Source: Macrostomum hystrix
Taxonomy: Eukaryota > Animalia > Platyhelminthes
Length of the DNA: 64,000 nucleotides
Direction: 5' to 3'
Assembly (NCBI GenBank): GCA_950097015.1
Contig: CATNEN010000038.1
Coordinates: 34,968,001-35,032,000 of the forward strand
Under the pieces are notes generated by a model. The model made no database searches. It saw only the letters and a program-made list of their open reading frames with translations, and was not told the DNA's origin. Position 1 is the first letter of the stretch. Every line of letters starts with the position of its first letter. Position numbers and translations under genes: made by a program. This document shows, piece by piece, positions 60,801-64,000 of this stretch.

Positions 60801-61850
60801 GTCTATATAAATGGGGATTTATAGTGTATACAAATGGGGATTTCTAGTCTATACAAATGGGGATTTCTAGTCTATATAAATGGGGATTTCTAGTCTATAC
60901 AAATGGGGATTGCTAGTCTATATAAATGGGGATTTCTAGTCTATACAAATGGGGATTGCTAGTCTATATAAATGGGGATTTTTAGTCTATATAGATGGGG
61001 ATTGCTAGTCTATATAAATAGGGATTTCTAGTCTATACAAATGGGGATTTCTAGTCTATATAAATGGGGACTTCTAGTCTATACAAATGGGGATTTCTAG
61101 TCTATATAAATTGGGATTTCTAGTCTATTTATATAGGGATTTATAGTCTATATAAATGTGGATTTCTAGTGTATACAAATGTGGATTTCTAGTCTATATA
61201 AATGGGGATTTCTAGTCTATATAAATAGGGATTTATAGTGTATACAAATGGGGATTTCTAGTCTATACAAATGGGGATTTCTAGTCTATATAAATGGGGA
61301 TTTCTAGTCTATATAAATGGGGATTTCTAGTCTATACAAATGGGGATTTCTAGTCTATATAAATGGGGATTTCTAGTCTATATAATTGGGGATTTCTAGT
61401 CTATATAAATGGGGATTTCTAGTCTATACAAATGGGGATTTCTAGTCTATATAAATGGGGATTTCTAGTCTATATAAATGGGGATTTCTAGTCTATACAA
61501 ATGGGGATTTCTAGTCTATATAAATGGGGATTTCTAGTCTATATAAATGGGGACTGCTAGTCTATATAAATGGGGATTTATAGTGTATATAAATGGGGAT
61601 TTCTATTCTATATAAATGGGGATTTCTAGTCTATACAAATGGGGATTTCTAGTCTATATAAATGGGGATTTCTAGTCTATACAAATGGTGATTTGTAGTC
61701 TATATAAATAGGGATTTCTAGTCTATACAAATGGGGATTTCTAGTCTATATAAATGGTGATTTCTAGTCTATATAAATGGGGACTGCTAGTCTATATAAA
61801 TGGGGATTTATAGTGTATACAAATGGGATTGCTAGTCTATTGGGATTGCT
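57870..61850. repeat. ~4-kb 23-bp satellite (GTCTATA[T/C]AAATGGGGATTTCTA)
   Basis: Tandem array; paralog of 49299-50250. Confidence 0.98.
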
Positions 61851-62184
61851 AATCTAGACTACAAAGCCCCAGTAGTTAGTCGTCGGACTCACTACTTGAG
61901 GGTCGGAGGTTAGATAAAAGACTCGAACTAAAAACATTTTTTGTTCTTTAGCCAGACACTTTAAAAATCATTATTGCATCAGTTCACCAGCAGTTAAATT
62001 GGTGCCAGCATTAGCTGGGGTAATTGAGAGTGGGCGTGGCGTTCCTCAGTCTATGGACTGAGCAACTGTACCTAGCCTTCAGATGTGCCGCCCAATAGCT
62101 GCTCCAATTGGGGCAGGTGTAATCAATTATTATCAAAAATTACATATTAGTCTATGCAAATAGGGACTGCTGATTTTAGGCTTC

Positions 62185-64000
62185 GGATCTCAACTAGGAA
62201 TCTGGATGCTGATTGAGTAGGGATCTCAACTAGGAATCTGGATGCTGATTGATCAGTAGGGATCTCAACTAGGAATCTGTATGCTGATTGAGTAGGGATC
62301 TCAACTAGGAATCTGTATGCTGATTGAGTAGGGATCTCAACTAGGAATCTGGATGCTGATTGATCAGTAGGGATCTCAACTAGGAATCTGTATGCTGATT
62401 GAGTAGGGATCTCAACTAGGAATCTGGATGCTGATTGATCAGTAGGGATCTCAACTAGGAATCTGTATGCTGATTGAGTAGGGATCTCAACTAGGAATCT
62501 GTATGCTGATTGAGTAGGGATCTCAACTAGGGATCTGGATGCTGATTGAGTAGGGATCTCAACTAGGAATCTGTATGCTGATTGAGTAGGGATCTCAACT
62601 AGGGATCTGTATGCTGATTGAGTAGGGATCTCAACTAGGGATCTGGATGCTGATTGAGTAGGGATCTCAACTAGGGATCTGGATGCTGATTGAGTAGGGA
62701 TCTCAACTAGGAATCTGTATGCTGATTGAGTAGGGATCTCAACTAGGAATCTGTATGCTGATTGAGTAGGGATCTCAGCTAGGAATCTGGATGCTGATTG
62801 AGTAGGGATCTCAACTAGGGAGTCGGATGCTGATTGAGTAGGTATCTCAGCTAGGGATTCGGATGCTGATTGGGATGGGATCTCAGCTAAGGATCTGGAT
62901 GCTGATTGGGTTGGGATCTCAGCTAGGGATTCGGATGCTGATTGGGATGGGATCTCAGCTAGGGATTTGGATGTTAAGTTGGGATCTTAGCCAGGGATCT
63001 GGATGCTAATTGTGTTGGGATCTTTGCTCGGGATCTAGATGCTATTTGGGTTGGGATCTCAGCTAGGGATCTGGATGCTGAGTGGGTTGGGATCCAAGCT
63101 TCTAATTTCTTGAGAATTGTAAATAAAACGAGACTGTATTTAGCAGCAAATAAAAAAGTAAAACTGCAAAATAATGGAAAACGAAGTAGGAAAAACTGGT
63201 TTAAAAGGTTTGTAATAATCAGCTGATTAAACGTGTACAAAAAACTTAAAATTAGCACAAGTTTAGCACCTTGAACAAACTAACTAACAAAAAAGCGAAA
63301 AAATAAAGTTGGGATCTCAACTAGGAATCTGGATGCTGATTGAGTAGGAATCTCAACTAGGAATCTGGATGCTGATTGAGTAGGGATCTCAACTAGGAAT
63401 CTGGATGCTGATTGAGTAGGGATCTCAACTAGGAATCTGGATGCTGATTGTAGGGATCTCAACTAGGAATCTGGATGCTGATTGAGTAGGGATCTCAACT
63501 AGGAATCTGGATGCTGATTGAGTAGGGATCTCAACTAGGAATCTGGATGCTGATTGAGTAGGGATCTCAACTAGGAATCTGGATGCTGATTGAGTAGGGA
63601 TCTCAACTAGGAATCTGGATGCTGATTGAGTAGGGATCTCAACTAGGGAGTCGGATGCTGATTGGGTTGGGATCTCAGCTAGGGAGTCGGATGCTGATTG
63701 GGTTGGGATCTCAGCTAGGGAGTCGGATGCTGATTGGGTTGGGATCTCAGCTAGGGAGTCGGATGCTAATTGGGTTGGGATCTCAGCTAGGAAGTCGGAT
63801 GCTGATTGGGTTGGGATCTCAGCTAGGGAGTCGGATGCTGATTGGGTTGGGATCTCAGCTAGGGAGTCGGATGCTGATTGGGTTGGGATCTCAGCTAGGG
63901 AGTCGGATGCTGATTGGGTTGGGATCTCAGCTAAGGATCTGGATGCTGATTGAGTTGGGATCTCAGCTAAGGATCTGGATGCTGATTGAGTTGGGATCTC
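62185..64000. repeat. 36-bp minisatellite (GGGATCTCAACTAGGAATCTGGATGCTGATTGAGTA), two blocks split by a unique AT-rich segment at ~63095-63308; runs off window end
   Basis: Visible tandem arrays. Confidence 0.96.

Overview
Eukaryotic (metazoan) genomic DNA with GT-AG introns, tRNA-derived SINEs and many tandem repeats. The gene style is reminiscent of a free-living flatworm such as Macrostomum (inference only). Plus strand: (1) a large multi-exon adhesion GPCR with about six LamG/pentraxin-like repeats, a GPS motif and 7TM; (2) a three-exon, 176-aa secreted precursor that the ORF track splits up: signal peptide, acidic 6-Cys domain, furin site RLKR, cationic amphipathic helix, then a domain resembling bacterial CdiA/Rhs polymorphic-toxin C-terminal nucleases; (3) an intronless non-alpha nicotinic-receptor-like subunit; (4) a Crypton-type tyrosine-recombinase (DUF3504-like) element with one in-frame stop. 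An 18.4-kb 43-bp satellite with higher-order structure fills 22.4-40.8 kb. Minus strand: a co-oriented run of COX17 pseudogene, a Cys-rich type I membrane protein, COX17, RTRAF and PTGES2, with introns and spacers filled by different minisatellites (possible trans-spliced operon). The best candidate for an undescribed system is the secreted toxin-like precursor at 16405-17231. All gene models and family assignments were made by eye, without database searches.
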